From Peptococcaceae bacterium BICA1-7 (GTDB lineage: Bacteria > Bacillota > Desulfotomaculia > Desulfotomaculales > Desulfocucumaceae), in the NCBI GenBank assembly GCA_000802095.1, contig JUEB01000024.1:188277-220276 (forward strand): a stretch of DNA of 32,000 nt. Reading direction: 5' to 3'. Positions within the stretch are counted from its first letter, which is position 1; every line of letters begins with the position of its first letter. The notes under the pieces were generated by a model. It did not search any database. It saw only the letters and a program-made list of their open reading frames with translations, and was not told where the DNA came from. The position numbers and the translations under genes were made by a program. Shown here piece by piece: positions 15,843-24,632 of this stretch.

Positions 15843-17303
15843 TTGAAGCGGATTGAAATTAACCCCATGACTAGGCTGGAGGGACACGGCAAAATCAGTA
15901 TTTTTCTCGACGACACCGGCAATGTGGAAAATGCCTTTTTTCAGACGGTGGAACTGAGAGGTTACGAGCGTTTCCTCAGGGGGATGCCCATTGAAGAGGT
16001 GCCCCGCACTGTTTCCACTATCTGCGGAGTTTGCCGGGGGGTGCACTATACCGCATCGGTAAAGGCTGCCGACAGTGTTTATAATGTAGAGCCTACCCCC
16101 ACGGCCAGGAAAATCAGGGAGCTTTTTTTAAATGCCCATTATGTGGAGGATCACTGTGCCATACTCTATGCCCTTGGTTTCCCTGATTTTGTAGCCGGTC
16201 CCACGGCCAGCCCGGCTGTGCGCAATTTAATAGGACTGATAGAAATTGTGGGTGTGGAAACCGGGCGCATAGTGCTTAAAAAGCGCCGTAGCGCGGTGCG
16301 GATATTGGAAATGCTGGGAGGACGCCCCATACACCCGGTGGCGGCCCTGCCCGGAGGGTGGTCCAAAAGGGTAACCGAGGAAGAGCGCCAGGAGATTCTG
16401 GCCCTGTCCCAGGACCTGGTGGAGTTGGGCCAGATGACCTTGCAGGTGTTCGATGATGTGGTGCTCAAAAACAAGGGGTATATGGAGCTGGTGCTGGGCG
16501 ATATCTACAAGGTGGTATGCAACTATGCCGGCACAGTGGATGACCAGAACAGGGTGCAGTACTACGATGGGACCCAGCGTATTATAAACTCCAAAGGCGA
16601 GGAAATTGGCCGCTTCCAGGGGAAAGGATATCTTGATTTTATAGCCGAGAGGGTGCTGCCCTGGAGCTATCTGAAGATGCCCTACCTGAAGAAAATTGGC
16701 TGGCAGGGTGTGGAAGACGGGGAGGCCAGCAGCCTGTATTGCGTGGGGCCACTGGCCAGGTTTAATGTGGGCAGCGGCTATGATACACCCCTGGCCCAGG
16801 AAGCCTACCTGAAAATGAGGGAGGCCCTTGGTAAAGACCCTGTTCATAACATTCTGGTATACCACTGGGCCAGGGCGGTGGAGCTTTTAAACGCCGCGGA
16901 AAAAGTGCGCCAATTGGCCGGTGATGAGAGTATTACCTCCGATGACATCAGGGCGCCTCTGGGTGAGGCTGTTGGTGAAGGGGTAGGCATCATTGAAGCG
17001 GTCAGGGGAATATTGATTCACCACTATAAAACCGATAAGAGGGGTATTGTGGAGGAGGCCAACCTGATAGTGGCCACCACCCATAATAAGGGACCCATCA
17101 ATGTGGCTGTGCGCAGGGCTGCCCAGAGCCTGATCAAGGACGGCAAGGTGGATGAAGGAATACTTAATATGGTGGAGATGGCCTACCGGCCGTATGATAT
17201 CTGCCTGGCCTGCGCCACCCATACCCTCCCGGGCAGGCAACCGGTGCAGATAGACATTTATGACAGCCAGGGCAGAAACTATCAAACTCTTAAAAACTTT
17301 TAG
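15843..17303 (+). CDS. mvhA: [NiFe] hydrogenase large subunit, Mvh type (MvhA)
   Basis: 486 aa. TTG start 9 nt after AAGGAG. N-terminal TRLEGHG, the L1 motif CGVCRGVH, and the C-terminal Ni-binding motif DICLACATH followed by a 26-aa extension expected to be cleaved. Confidence 0.9.
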   Translation: MKRIEINPMTRLEGHGKISIFLDDTGNVENAFFQTVELRGYERFLRGMPIEEVPRTVSTICGVCRGVHYTASVKAADSVYNVEPTPTARKIRELFLNAHYVEDHCAILYALGFPDFVAGPTASPAVRNLIGLIEIVGVETGRIVLKKRRSAVRILEMLGGRPIHPVAALPGGWSKRVTEEERQEILALSQDLVELGQMTLQVFDDVVLKNKGYMELVLGDIYKVVCNYAGTVDDQNRVQYYDGTQRIINSKGEEIGRFQGKGYLDFIAERVLPWSYLKMPYLKKIGWQGVEDGEASSLYCVGPLARFNVGSGYDTPLAQEAYLKMREALGKDPVHNILVYHWARAVELLNAAEKVRQLAGDESITSDDIRAPLGEAVGEGVGIIEAVRGILIHHYKTDKRGIVEEANLIVATTHNKGPINVAVRRAAQSLIKDGKVDEGILNMVEMAYRPYDICLACATHTLPGRQPVQIDIYDSQGRNYQTLKNF

Positions 17304-17315
17304 GGCAGGTCTGAC

Positions 17316-17756
17316 ATGAGAACAATCGTGGTGGGAATCGGCAACCCCGTACTAAAGGATGATTCCTTTGGAATTAGAGTGGCTGAGCAGCTAAGCGGCG
17401 TATTGGAAACCAGGCTGCTTTCCACCACCGGCTTCGACGCTATTGACGCCTTACTGGGATTTGACAGGGCATATATAGTTGACGGGGTAAATACAGGTGT
17501 AAAACCGGGAACCATAATGGAACTGACTCCGGGGGATCTGATGGCGGACCTGGAGTTCTCCGGAACCCACAACCTCCACCTGGGAGCGGCTTTACACCTG
17601 GGCTACCGCCTATTCAGGGAAGAGATGCCCCGGGTGATAAAAATATTTGCCGTGGAGGTAGAGGATGCGGCGAATTTCGGTTTGCACTGCACTCCCACAG
17701 TGGAGGCGGCCATAAAAGTGGTGGTGGACAGGATAAAATCTGATCTGTTTGGCTAG
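17316..17756 (+). CDS. Hydrogenase maturation endopeptidase (HyaD/FrhD family)
   Basis: 146 aa. IVVGIGNPVLKDDSFGIRVAEQL and a GTH motif. It sits immediately downstream of mvhA. Confidence 0.85.
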   Translation: MRTIVVGIGNPVLKDDSFGIRVAEQLSGVLETRLLSTTGFDAIDALLGFDRAYIVDGVNTGVKPGTIMELTPGDLMADLEFSGTHNLHLGAALHLGYRLFREEMPRVIKIFAVEVEDAANFGLHCTPTVEAAIKVVVDRIKSDLFG

Positions 17757-17827
17757 TGCTCACTGATGGAAATGTGCCGGTTATGCCCTGCGAAGGGTAA
17801 GTAACGTGAATTGGAATAAATGTATTT

Positions 17828-17871
17828 AAAGGGGCTGTGTCAAAAGCTATTTCTTTTGATACAGCCCCTTT
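17828..17871 (+). terminator. Intrinsic terminator of the hdr-mvh operon
   Basis: 19-bp stem aaaggggctgtgtcaaaag / cttttgatacagccccttt with one G-U pair and a 6-nt loop. It lies 72 nt after the protease stop. The trailing T-run is short. Confidence 0.6.
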
Positions 17872-18075
17872 AATTTGGTAAATATGATATTTTCATAATA
17901 GTTGAACAATGCAATTTAATGGTGGATTATGTATGTAGATAGGTTGCATTCCATCTTTTTAGCATTGAATCTTTATTCAAACCGGAATATATTATTTATA
18001 GTGTAGAAAGTTAAGATGGTTGATTTCATTTCTTCTCCAGCAAAAAAATATAGCAGAGGGAGTTGTGTGCAGAGA

Positions 18076-18687
18076 ATGAAAAAAGTAATAGTTATTGCCA
18101 TGGTTTTAATGCTTACACTGGCAATTACACCGGCAGCCTTTGCCAGTGTAAGTCAGAGCGGAAGCATTAGCTTCGGCAGCCACGGCCACAGCTGGTACAG
18201 TGAGGGAGACTTAAACGGTTATACAACACCGGAATACGTGGTGCTTGATCCGGAAGTTGTGGTAAATGGAATCTATGAAAACAGCTACGGGGAAACCGGG
18301 CGCTGGTACAGCTATGTGGACAGCAACGGCAGAGAAAAGTTCTATTTCGTGCCTGAGAGAACCCAGCCGGTGCTGGTACAAGGCGCATACCATGATAACA
18401 GCGGTGATACCGGACGCTGGTACTCCTATGTGAACAGCAATGGAGAAAAACAGTATTATTTTGTGCCGGAGAACAGAAAGCCGGTGGTGGTTAAAGGGGT
18501 CTTTGACTACAACAGCAGAAATGTACTTCTGCCTGACTTTGACCGGGACGGCCAGTGGGAGTTCTACAAGGATTCCAGGGGCGTGCTTCATTACTCTTAC
18601 GTTGACCCCGACCGTGAGGGAGAGTACCAGCGCTATACTGATGGAAACGGCGTGACCCAGTACGTCTACCAATACAACAGCTGGTAA
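18076..18687 (+). CDS. Small secreted protein with aromatic beta-hairpin-like repeats (GRWYSYVxSNG...YYFVPE)
   Basis: From the ATG at 18076 there is a signal peptide MKKVIVIAMVLMLTLAITPAAFA (track ORF starts at 18016). Two clear and about two degenerate copies of a motif resembling choline/cell-wall-binding repeats. No family assignment is possible. Confidence 0.65.
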   Translation: MKKVIVIAMVLMLTLAITPAAFASVSQSGSISFGSHGHSWYSEGDLNGYTTPEYVVLDPEVVVNGIYENSYGETGRWYSYVDSNGREKFYFVPERTQPVLVQGAYHDNSGDTGRWYSYVNSNGEKQYYFVPENRKPVVVKGVFDYNSRNVLLPDFDRDGQWEFYKDSRGVLHYSYVDPDREGEYQRYTDGNGVTQYVYQYNSW

Positions 18688-18719
18688 TAAGCTTGTGCTT
18701 TTAAAAGAATAAGAAAGTT

Positions 18720-18753
18720 AAGGCGGGGTTTTCAGTGCCCTGCCTTATTTTTT
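18720..18753 (+). terminator. Intrinsic terminator
   Basis: aaggcgggg (18720-18728) pairs with ccctgcctt (18738-18746), followed by attttttg. Confidence 0.6.
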
Positions 18754-18835
18754 GTAATAATCTAGTGCCAGATAAAGGAATTTATATATAAAACATGGAA
18801 GTATTTCATATTAATTATTTAGTATGAAAGGAGAA

Positions 18836-19570
18836 ATGGTTTTGTTTAAAAGGGTACTTACAGCGCTGGGGATAGGCGGAGCTAAAATAGATCTCATTTT
18901 GCCAAAAGACCGCTTTTATGCCGGAGAGACTTTTGAGGGGCTGCTGAAAGTGTTGCCTGGAAGCAGCAGGCAGGAAATAAGCGGCATTTATCTGCACCTT
19001 ATAACAGAATCCAAATCTGACGAAGGGACCCAGCAGTATGAAATAGACAATCATAGCATTACGGGCAGTTTTGAAATTGATGGGGGGCAGGAGGCATTTG
19101 AAGCCAGGATAGAATATACAATTCCTTATTACGCCCCTGTCACTACCCACCTAACCCGGTCATACCTGATTACCGGGCTGGAAACTATGGGATTGGACCC
19201 GAAGGATCAGGATCATATTGAAATATTGCCGGAGCCCAGAGTGAGAGTGATCATGGATGCCTTTGACCGCCTTGGCTTTATGAAAGGCAGGGATGATTTC
19301 GGAGTATATAATGGCAAATACCAGGAATTTGAGTATAAGCCTCCCGGATCCCTTGCCGGTAAGGTAAAAGAGGTTGATGTAATCTTCCAGCCCACAAAGG
19401 AAGGTGTGTTTTTACTGACCGAATTTGAGAAAAAATCAATACTATTGGATATTTTAGACCTGGAGGAGTTGGGTGAAAGCAGACACAGGCTGTTCCTTCC
19501 GAATGAATACCTAAAAGCTGTTATCCCAGCATCTGAAGCGCTTATACAATTGATTACCAAAGCCATTTAA
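18836..19570 (+). CDS. spo0M: Sporulation-control protein Spo0M family
   Basis: MVLFKRVLTALGIGGAKIDLIL matches the Spo0M N-terminus. ATG at 18836 follows AAAGGAGA. The track ORF starts at 18824. Confidence 0.8.
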   Translation: MVLFKRVLTALGIGGAKIDLILPKDRFYAGETFEGLLKVLPGSSRQEISGIYLHLITESKSDEGTQQYEIDNHSITGSFEIDGGQEAFEARIEYTIPYYAPVTTHLTRSYLITGLETMGLDPKDQDHIEILPEPRVRVIMDAFDRLGFMKGRDDFGVYNGKYQEFEYKPPGSLAGKVKEVDVIFQPTKEGVFLLTEFEKKSILLDILDLEELGESRHRLFLPNEYLKAVIPASEALIQLITKAI

Positions 19571-19586
19571 AACACAGAACTCACAG

Positions 19587-19632
19587 AAAAAAAGCCTTGC
19601 AGGCGGTACAGACGACCTGCAAGGCTTTTTTT
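19587..19632. terminator. Bidirectional intrinsic terminator
   Basis: An A-run, gccttgcagg (19594-19603), a 12-nt loop, cctgcaaggc (19616-19625), then a T7 run. It lies between convergent spo0M and the efflux operon. Confidence 0.7.
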
Positions 19633-19752
19633 ATAACGCATAGGAAAGTATAGTTCTCCTTAGTCTCCCACTTTCCGTTAAGAGCGTTTCAAAAAAGCTT
19701 CCTCTATCAGCATTCGAGAAGGGCATGCACCATAGGTGCTTTTTTATATATT

Positions 19753-20907
19753 TTAAGGCTTTACTTTGGCCTTATCCGGCAGGGCCAGGCTGCCGTCCCT
19801 GACAATTACGTTCCCGGCTGACAGCCCGCCGGTTATCTCAATTTTCTCCCGGTCACCGGTACCGGTAGTTACTGTGCGCCGGGATATACGGTTATTCTCT
19901 ACCACCATTACTTCCTTCTGTCCATCTGCCCTGGTGATCACAGATTCCAGGGGCACTAAAAGATCACTGTGGCGGGACAGTGTTTCCACCGACACCTTTA
20001 CCTCATAGCCGGGCTTGAGGTTGGCCGTTTCATCCAGGCTGATGATCACCGGGACCCGGCGCTGGGAAACACCCAGGGCCGACATTTTTTCCTCGGCCCG
20101 GGGGTAGATCTGTTTTACCTTGCCGGTCAGGGATTTACTGCCCAGCACGGGGGCGGTGATATATACTTTTTGGCCCTCACTGACCTCGGCCAGGTCGTCG
20201 CTCAGTATGTCGGCCTTTATCTCCAGGCTGTCCGGGGCAGCCACTGATGCCAGCAGGCTTCCGGGACTCAATACCTGCCCCTCCTTCACAGGAAGGGACA
20301 GGACCGCCCCGGCGGACGGGCTGGTTACCAGAAGTTGCTTCTCCTTGGCGGAAAGCTGCTGCAGTGTCTGGCCAAGGCCTTCCACCTGGGCCTGGGAGCT
20401 TCTCAGTAGTGAGCTTTGCTCCTCCAGGCTCTGGCGGAGGGTTTCCACCTGCAGCTGCGCCTTCTCGTACTCCACCCGGGAGACAGCCTCTGTCCGGAAA
20501 AGCTCCTGGATGCGGTTATAGTTTTCTTGTGCGTTGCGCAGCTCCAGATCGATCTTCTGCATTGCTGCCCTGGTGGTGGAGGCGCCGGCCTCGGCCTGGG
20601 ACAGCTGCCAGCGTGTATCGTTTATCTGCACGGCCAGATCCAGGTTTTCCAATACCGCCAGTATTTGGCCGGGGGCCACCGTCTGACCTGTTTCCACAGG
20701 CACCTGAACCACCCTGGCGGACTGGGTGGCGTATAGATCGTGGTTTGTGGAGGGCTGCACGTAACCTGTTTCCACCACCGCCCGGGTAATATCTCCCGGC
20801 TGGGCCTGCACCGTTTCCACCGGAGTTCCCCCGCCGGTAAGCAGCGCCGCCACCACAACTACGGCCGCTATGCCCACTCCCAGGTAAAGCTTTTTGATCC
20901 TCTTCAT
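19753..20907 (-). CDS. HlyD/MacA-family efflux periplasmic adaptor
   Basis: 384 aa. N-terminal membrane anchor, a long coiled-coil hairpin (QLSQAEAG ... LEEQSSLLRSSQAQVEGL), and lipoyl/beta-barrel flanks. Confidence 0.8.
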   Translation of the reverse strand: MKRIKKLYLGVGIAAVVVVAALLTGGGTPVETVQAQPGDITRAVVETGYVQPSTNHDLYATQSARVVQVPVETGQTVAPGQILAVLENLDLAVQINDTRWQLSQAEAGASTTRAAMQKIDLELRNAQENYNRIQELFRTEAVSRVEYEKAQLQVETLRQSLEEQSSLLRSSQAQVEGLGQTLQQLSAKEKQLLVTSPSAGAVLSLPVKEGQVLSPGSLLASVAAPDSLEIKADILSDDLAEVSEGQKVYITAPVLGSKSLTGKVKQIYPRAEEKMSALGVSQRRVPVIISLDETANLKPGYEVKVSVETLSRHSDLLVPLESVITRADGQKEVMVVENNRISRRTVTTGTGDREKIEITGGLSAGNVIVRDGSLALPDKAKVKP

Positions 20908-20920
20908 AACCGACCTCCTG

Positions 20921-23296
20921 TTAGTCCCTGTTTTTCAGCACATCCACCAGGTCAAGCCTTTTAACTCCCCTGACTGCCAGCAGGTGGGCCACCGCTATAA
21001 AAAACACTCCGCCCAGGGCCGACCAAAAATATGTCAGGGGATAGATCACCACGGGAATTGTGAAAAGGTCTGTGCTTACAGCATTAATATAACCCTGGCT
21101 CATCAGCCGTCCGAAGGGGAGGCCTATGGCCACTCCGAGAATCGACTGGAACAGGTTTTCCTTGAGAAGCAGGCCTGAAACCTCGCGGCTTGTAAAGCCC
21201 AGCACTCTTAATGAGGCCAGCTCTCTTTTACGCTCGGCAAAGCTGATTACCGAGGAGTTGTACACTATGGCAAAGCCCATCACCACCGCGAAGATAACCA
21301 TAATGGCTATGGAGTAAACCATGGCCTCCAGGTTTTTGTTGAAGTTGTCTAATTCCTTCTGGCGGCTTGATATAGATGAAACATTATTCATGTCGTTCAG
21401 CTCTTCTTCCAGAGCCACGAACCTGCCCGGATCAACCTTCAGCATCACTCCGGAGGCCAGGCGCCTTTCCTGTATAACCTGGTTGGCCTGCTCCAGGCTT
21501 ACATACGACCCCCCGCCCACCAGCTGGCGGTTGATTTGGACTACTTTGACACTGGCCCTTCGGGAGGGGCCGGTGCCAAGCAGGGTTTCAATCTCCACCC
21601 GGTCGCCTACCCGGGCGCCCAGCTTATCGGCCGTTTTTTCACTGATTAACAGCCCCTCCCCGGGTATACTGAGGGGCCGGCCTTCTTGATTTTCCAGTCT
21701 CTTAAGGGTTGAGTCCCGGGGAATCCCCTGCAGGGAGTCCTCCTGGGTTTTTCCCTGAAAATGAATTTTAACGGGTATTTCAAAAACCGGCTCTGCTTTG
21801 ATGACCCCTTCAATCCGGGAAATGTCAAGCAAATCGTTTTCCTTCAGCGGAGAGGCGAACCGTACTAAATAGTCGTAGCGCTGGTCCTGGAAATACTGCT
21901 TGTTAATCATATAGTCAATTGAGTCGCTGGCGAACAGAGACATAACCAATAGGCCCACCGAGAAGGTCACTCCCACCAGCATCAGTGCAAACCGGCCCCT
22001 GTTTCTGAGGGCTGTCCTCAGGCTCATCTTCCAGGTGGAGTCCAGCAGCTCCCAGAGCCGGGGAAGTCTTTCCAGAAAAATTTTGCCTGCATTTTTAGGG
22101 GGCTCCGGGCGCATCGCTTCGGCGGGGTTAACCTTTGTCACCCTCCTGGAGGCAGCAAGACCTGCTGCGGCTCCCACCGAAAGGCTTAGGGCAAAGCCGG
22201 TAATTACCGAAGTGGTGTTAACTCCTCCTATTGCCCGGGGCAGGTTGAAAAATTCCGCATAGACTTCGGAAATAACCGAGGCCAGCCCAATTCCCGCAAC
22301 TGATCCCAGAAGTGCGCCCATAAGGGAAGAGGACAGGGAATAGCTGGTATAGTAAGTAATTATTTGCCTGTTGTTGTAGCCCATGGCCTTCATAATGCCT
22401 ATCTGCAGACGCTGCCCCCTGATCATCCGGCCCAGCATGACTATTTGAATGGCGGCTGCAATACTAAGGAATATAAATGGCATAAAGCCGGAGACAGCCT
22501 TGAGCCCGTCCAGCTCTCCCTGCAGTATGGCATGGCTTAGCTGTTTTTTAAGAGGGTAGCTGGACAGGTTGCCGTAGGGCTCAAGCAGCTCCTCAATCCT
22601 CCCGGCCACTTCTTTCTCATCAGCCCCGGGTGAAAGTTTTATGATCACCTGGTTTATCTGGCCGGGCAGGTTTAGGGCCTGCTGGGCCTGGTTTAAAGGC
22701 ATCATAACAAGGCCGAAGGTCTCCGGGTCGGGCATAAGGGTGGCCGCGTCCTTCATGGCGAAGGTGAACTCAGGCCCGATTCCCGTGCCTACCACGGAGA
22801 GGGAAACCTTCCTGCCTTCTGACACGATGCTTATGGTGTCATTGAAGGACAGCCGGTTGGCCGTAAAAAATTGTGGGTCCACCAAAACCTCTACGCCCCC
22901 GCCCTGGGGATACCTTTCAAAAAGCCTCCCGGACAGCAGCTGGATACGGTTTATCCCTTCCATTGGAACCGGATAGCTGGTAATCCTGGCAGTGGCCTTT
23001 TGATCGCCCTCCCTTACCAGGGGGACGTCTTTTTGCAGCCTCCCGTTGACGGCTGCCACTCCCGGCACTGACTCTATCTGCCTGGTAATCTGTTCCGGAG
23101 CCCTGACAACGTGAAAATAGTAATCGGCAAAATTATTATCGCGGTAGAATTCATCCCTGGAGTGGTTAAGGTTGTAATAGCTGGTGGTCATTGCTATGTA
23201 AACAGTTATGCCCACGGCCACCACCGCAGTTACCGCCAGGAACTGGCCCCTGGTATTCCAAATGGTGCGGAAGAGCTTTTTAAGGAGAACTCCCAT
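20921..23296 (-). CDS. ABC transporter permease with two FtsX domains (MacB-like)
   Basis: 791 aa. Two repeats, each a TM helix, a large extracytoplasmic domain and a three-helix FtsX bundle. The start overlaps the ATPase stop (TAATG). Confidence 0.8.
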   Translation of the reverse strand: MGVLLKKLFRTIWNTRGQFLAVTAVVAVGITVYIAMTTSYYNLNHSRDEFYRDNNFADYYFHVVRAPEQITRQIESVPGVAAVNGRLQKDVPLVREGDQKATARITSYPVPMEGINRIQLLSGRLFERYPQGGGVEVLVDPQFFTANRLSFNDTISIVSEGRKVSLSVVGTGIGPEFTFAMKDAATLMPDPETFGLVMMPLNQAQQALNLPGQINQVIIKLSPGADEKEVAGRIEELLEPYGNLSSYPLKKQLSHAILQGELDGLKAVSGFMPFIFLSIAAAIQIVMLGRMIRGQRLQIGIMKAMGYNNRQIITYYTSYSLSSSLMGALLGSVAGIGLASVISEVYAEFFNLPRAIGGVNTTSVITGFALSLSVGAAAGLAASRRVTKVNPAEAMRPEPPKNAGKIFLERLPRLWELLDSTWKMSLRTALRNRGRFALMLVGVTFSVGLLVMSLFASDSIDYMINKQYFQDQRYDYLVRFASPLKENDLLDISRIEGVIKAEPVFEIPVKIHFQGKTQEDSLQGIPRDSTLKRLENQEGRPLSIPGEGLLISEKTADKLGARVGDRVEIETLLGTGPSRRASVKVVQINRQLVGGGSYVSLEQANQVIQERRLASGVMLKVDPGRFVALEEELNDMNNVSSISSRQKELDNFNKNLEAMVYSIAIMVIFAVVMGFAIVYNSSVISFAERKRELASLRVLGFTSREVSGLLLKENLFQSILGVAIGLPFGRLMSQGYINAVSTDLFTIPVVIYPLTYFWSALGGVFFIAVAHLLAVRGVKRLDLVDVLKNRD

Positions 23297-24006
23297 TACC
23301 AGTCAATCCTTTCCGGGGGAACCGGCTGGCTGTTTTCAATAATCTCGGCAATTTCCCCGCTTCTCATGCGCACCACCCGGTGGGCCATGGCGCTGATATC
23401 GGTGTTGTGGGTGACTATAATCACGGTACTGCCCCGGTCCCGGTTGATGCCTGCCAGCAGGCTTAAAACAAGCTTGCCCGTCTGGTGGTCAAGGGCCCCG
23501 GTGGGCTCGTCGCAGAGCAGCAGCCTCGGATTCTTAACCATTGCCCTGGCAATGGAAACCCTCTGCTGCTCGCCCCCGCTGAGCTGGGAAGGGAAGTGGC
23601 CCATTCTGTCCGCAAGCCCTACCTCTTTAAGCATACCGGAGGCGGGAAGGGGAGTTTCTACAAGATTGGCGGCAAGCTCCACATTCTCGACAGCGGTAAG
23701 GTCGGGTATAAGGTTGTAGAACTGAAAAACAAAGCCCACCTCGTTTCGCCTATACCTGGTCAGCCTGGCGTCCCCGGCCCGGCTTAATTCATCACCTGCA
23801 TAGTGGACACTGCCTTCTGAAGGCAGGTCCATGCCGCCTACAATGTTTAGGAGAGTGCTCTTGCCGGACCCGCTGGGGCCCAGTATAACCAGCAGCTCGC
23901 CCGCATAAATGTCCAGGGAGGTCTCCTTTAGCGCCTCGACCCGTACCTCACCCATGATATAGGTTCTGGTAATATGGTCCAGCCTCATTAAAACATTTTT
24001 ACTCAT
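23296..24006 (-). CDS. ABC transporter ATP-binding protein (MacB/LolD type)
   Basis: Walker A GPSGSGKST, signature LSGGEQQRVSIARA, Walker B LLLCDEPTGALD. Confidence 0.9.
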   Translation of the reverse strand: MSKNVLMRLDHITRTYIMGEVRVEALKETSLDIYAGELLVILGPSGSGKSTLLNIVGGMDLPSEGSVHYAGDELSRAGDARLTRYRRNEVGFVFQFYNLIPDLTAVENVELAANLVETPLPASGMLKEVGLADRMGHFPSQLSGGEQQRVSIARAMVKNPRLLLCDEPTGALDHQTGKLVLSLLAGINRDRGSTVIIVTHNTDISAMAHRVVRMRSGEIAEIIENSQPVPPERIDW

Positions 24007-24493
24007 GGTTACCGCCCTTTATAAACTGGTCCTTTATTTGGCCCTTTTTCCATAGCTCGTACTGCTCTTCAATATCAGAATAGTACCAGCGCAAGAAAAC
24101 AAAATAATCTTTCATGTCTTCAAGGTTTTCCATGGCGGCCCTGTTGTCCGGGGGTAAAAACTCCAGGCCCCGGTCGATAAGATCTTCCCACACTGACAAT
24201 ACCTTGATCTGGCTGGAGGAGGCGTTAACCCATGACTGCACGTTAGCCCGGTAATAATCCCTGCGCTCACCGGTGATGCTGACCTTTTCAAAGAAGTGCA
24301 GCAGCAGGCCCTGGCGGACAGTAAGGGAAGCCGTGGCCTTGCTGAAAAGGAGGTCATTGGCTATCTGGTCCAGGGTCCTGGGAGTATCGGCCAGCAACAG
24401 GTAGCCAAAAACACGGCCCAGTGTCCTGGAACCCCCCGCCTTTTCCATCAAAAGCCCCATTTCCTCGCTGAACTCAAGTTCTTTGTTGTCTAT
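23999..24493 (-). CDS. Winged-helix transcriptional regulator (GbsR/MarR-like); start possibly a non-canonical ATA
   Basis: GRVFGYLLLADTPRTLDQIANDLLFSKATASLTVRQ. The first ATG is at 24460, but the only SD (GGAGGTG, complement of 24501-24507) sits 7 nt before an in-frame ATA at 24493, and the frame is closed by TGA just upstream. The 5' end is uncertain. Confidence 0.7.
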   Translation of the reverse strand: MDNKELEFSEEMGLLMEKAGGSRTLGRVFGYLLLADTPRTLDQIANDLLFSKATASLTVRQGLLLHFFEKVSITGERRDYYRANVQSWVNASSSQIKVLSVWEDLIDRGLEFLPPDNRAAMENLEDMKDYFVFLRWYYSDIEEQYELWKKGQIKDQFIKGGNHE

Positions 24494-24595
24494 TTCCGAT
24501 CACCTCCCTGGGAAATATTATATTATTTAATATGTTTAATTACAACTAAACAATATAAACAATATTGGAACCTGAATAAGTGCCAATATTTTCAT

Positions 24596-24621
24596 GTAAC
24601 AATAGGTGTGGGTTAATCGTT
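24596..24621 (+). promoter_or_regulatory. Candidate ECF-type promoter (GTAAC-N17-CGTT)
   Basis: GTAAC at 24596-24600, 17 nt, then CGTT at 24618-24621, about 95 nt upstream of the sigma factor start. This is pattern resemblance only. Confidence 0.25.
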
Positions 24622-24632
24622 GAAAGATGTAA

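Noticed and set aside
10961-17303. Selenocysteine recoding (in-frame TGA) in hdrA, mvhD, mvhG or mvhA, as occurs in some Mvh/Hdr systems
   Set aside because: All six ORFs are uninterrupted, with Cys at the relevant motifs. No in-frame TGA or split gene was seen.
19640-19752. Possible small RNA or small ORF between the spo0M terminator and the efflux operon end. The candidates are a second short hairpin gcacc-ata-ggtgc plus a T-run at 19727-19745, and a 24-codon minus-strand ORF with AAGGAGA.
   Set aside because: The stem is only 5 bp. The small ORF runs through the terminator hairpin and has poor SD spacing (13 nt). There is not enough evidence to call either.
20247-20789. Long ORFs antisense to, or out of frame with, annotated genes. 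Examples: 20247..20789, 13878..14495, 16227..16865, 12590..13093, 3512..4021, 450..896, 7421..7756.
   Set aside because: They lie opposite to, or out of frame within, genes with unambiguous family motifs. They have low-complexity Pro/Arg/Gly/Ser-rich translations, no SD and no recognisable motifs. These are typical shadow ORFs.
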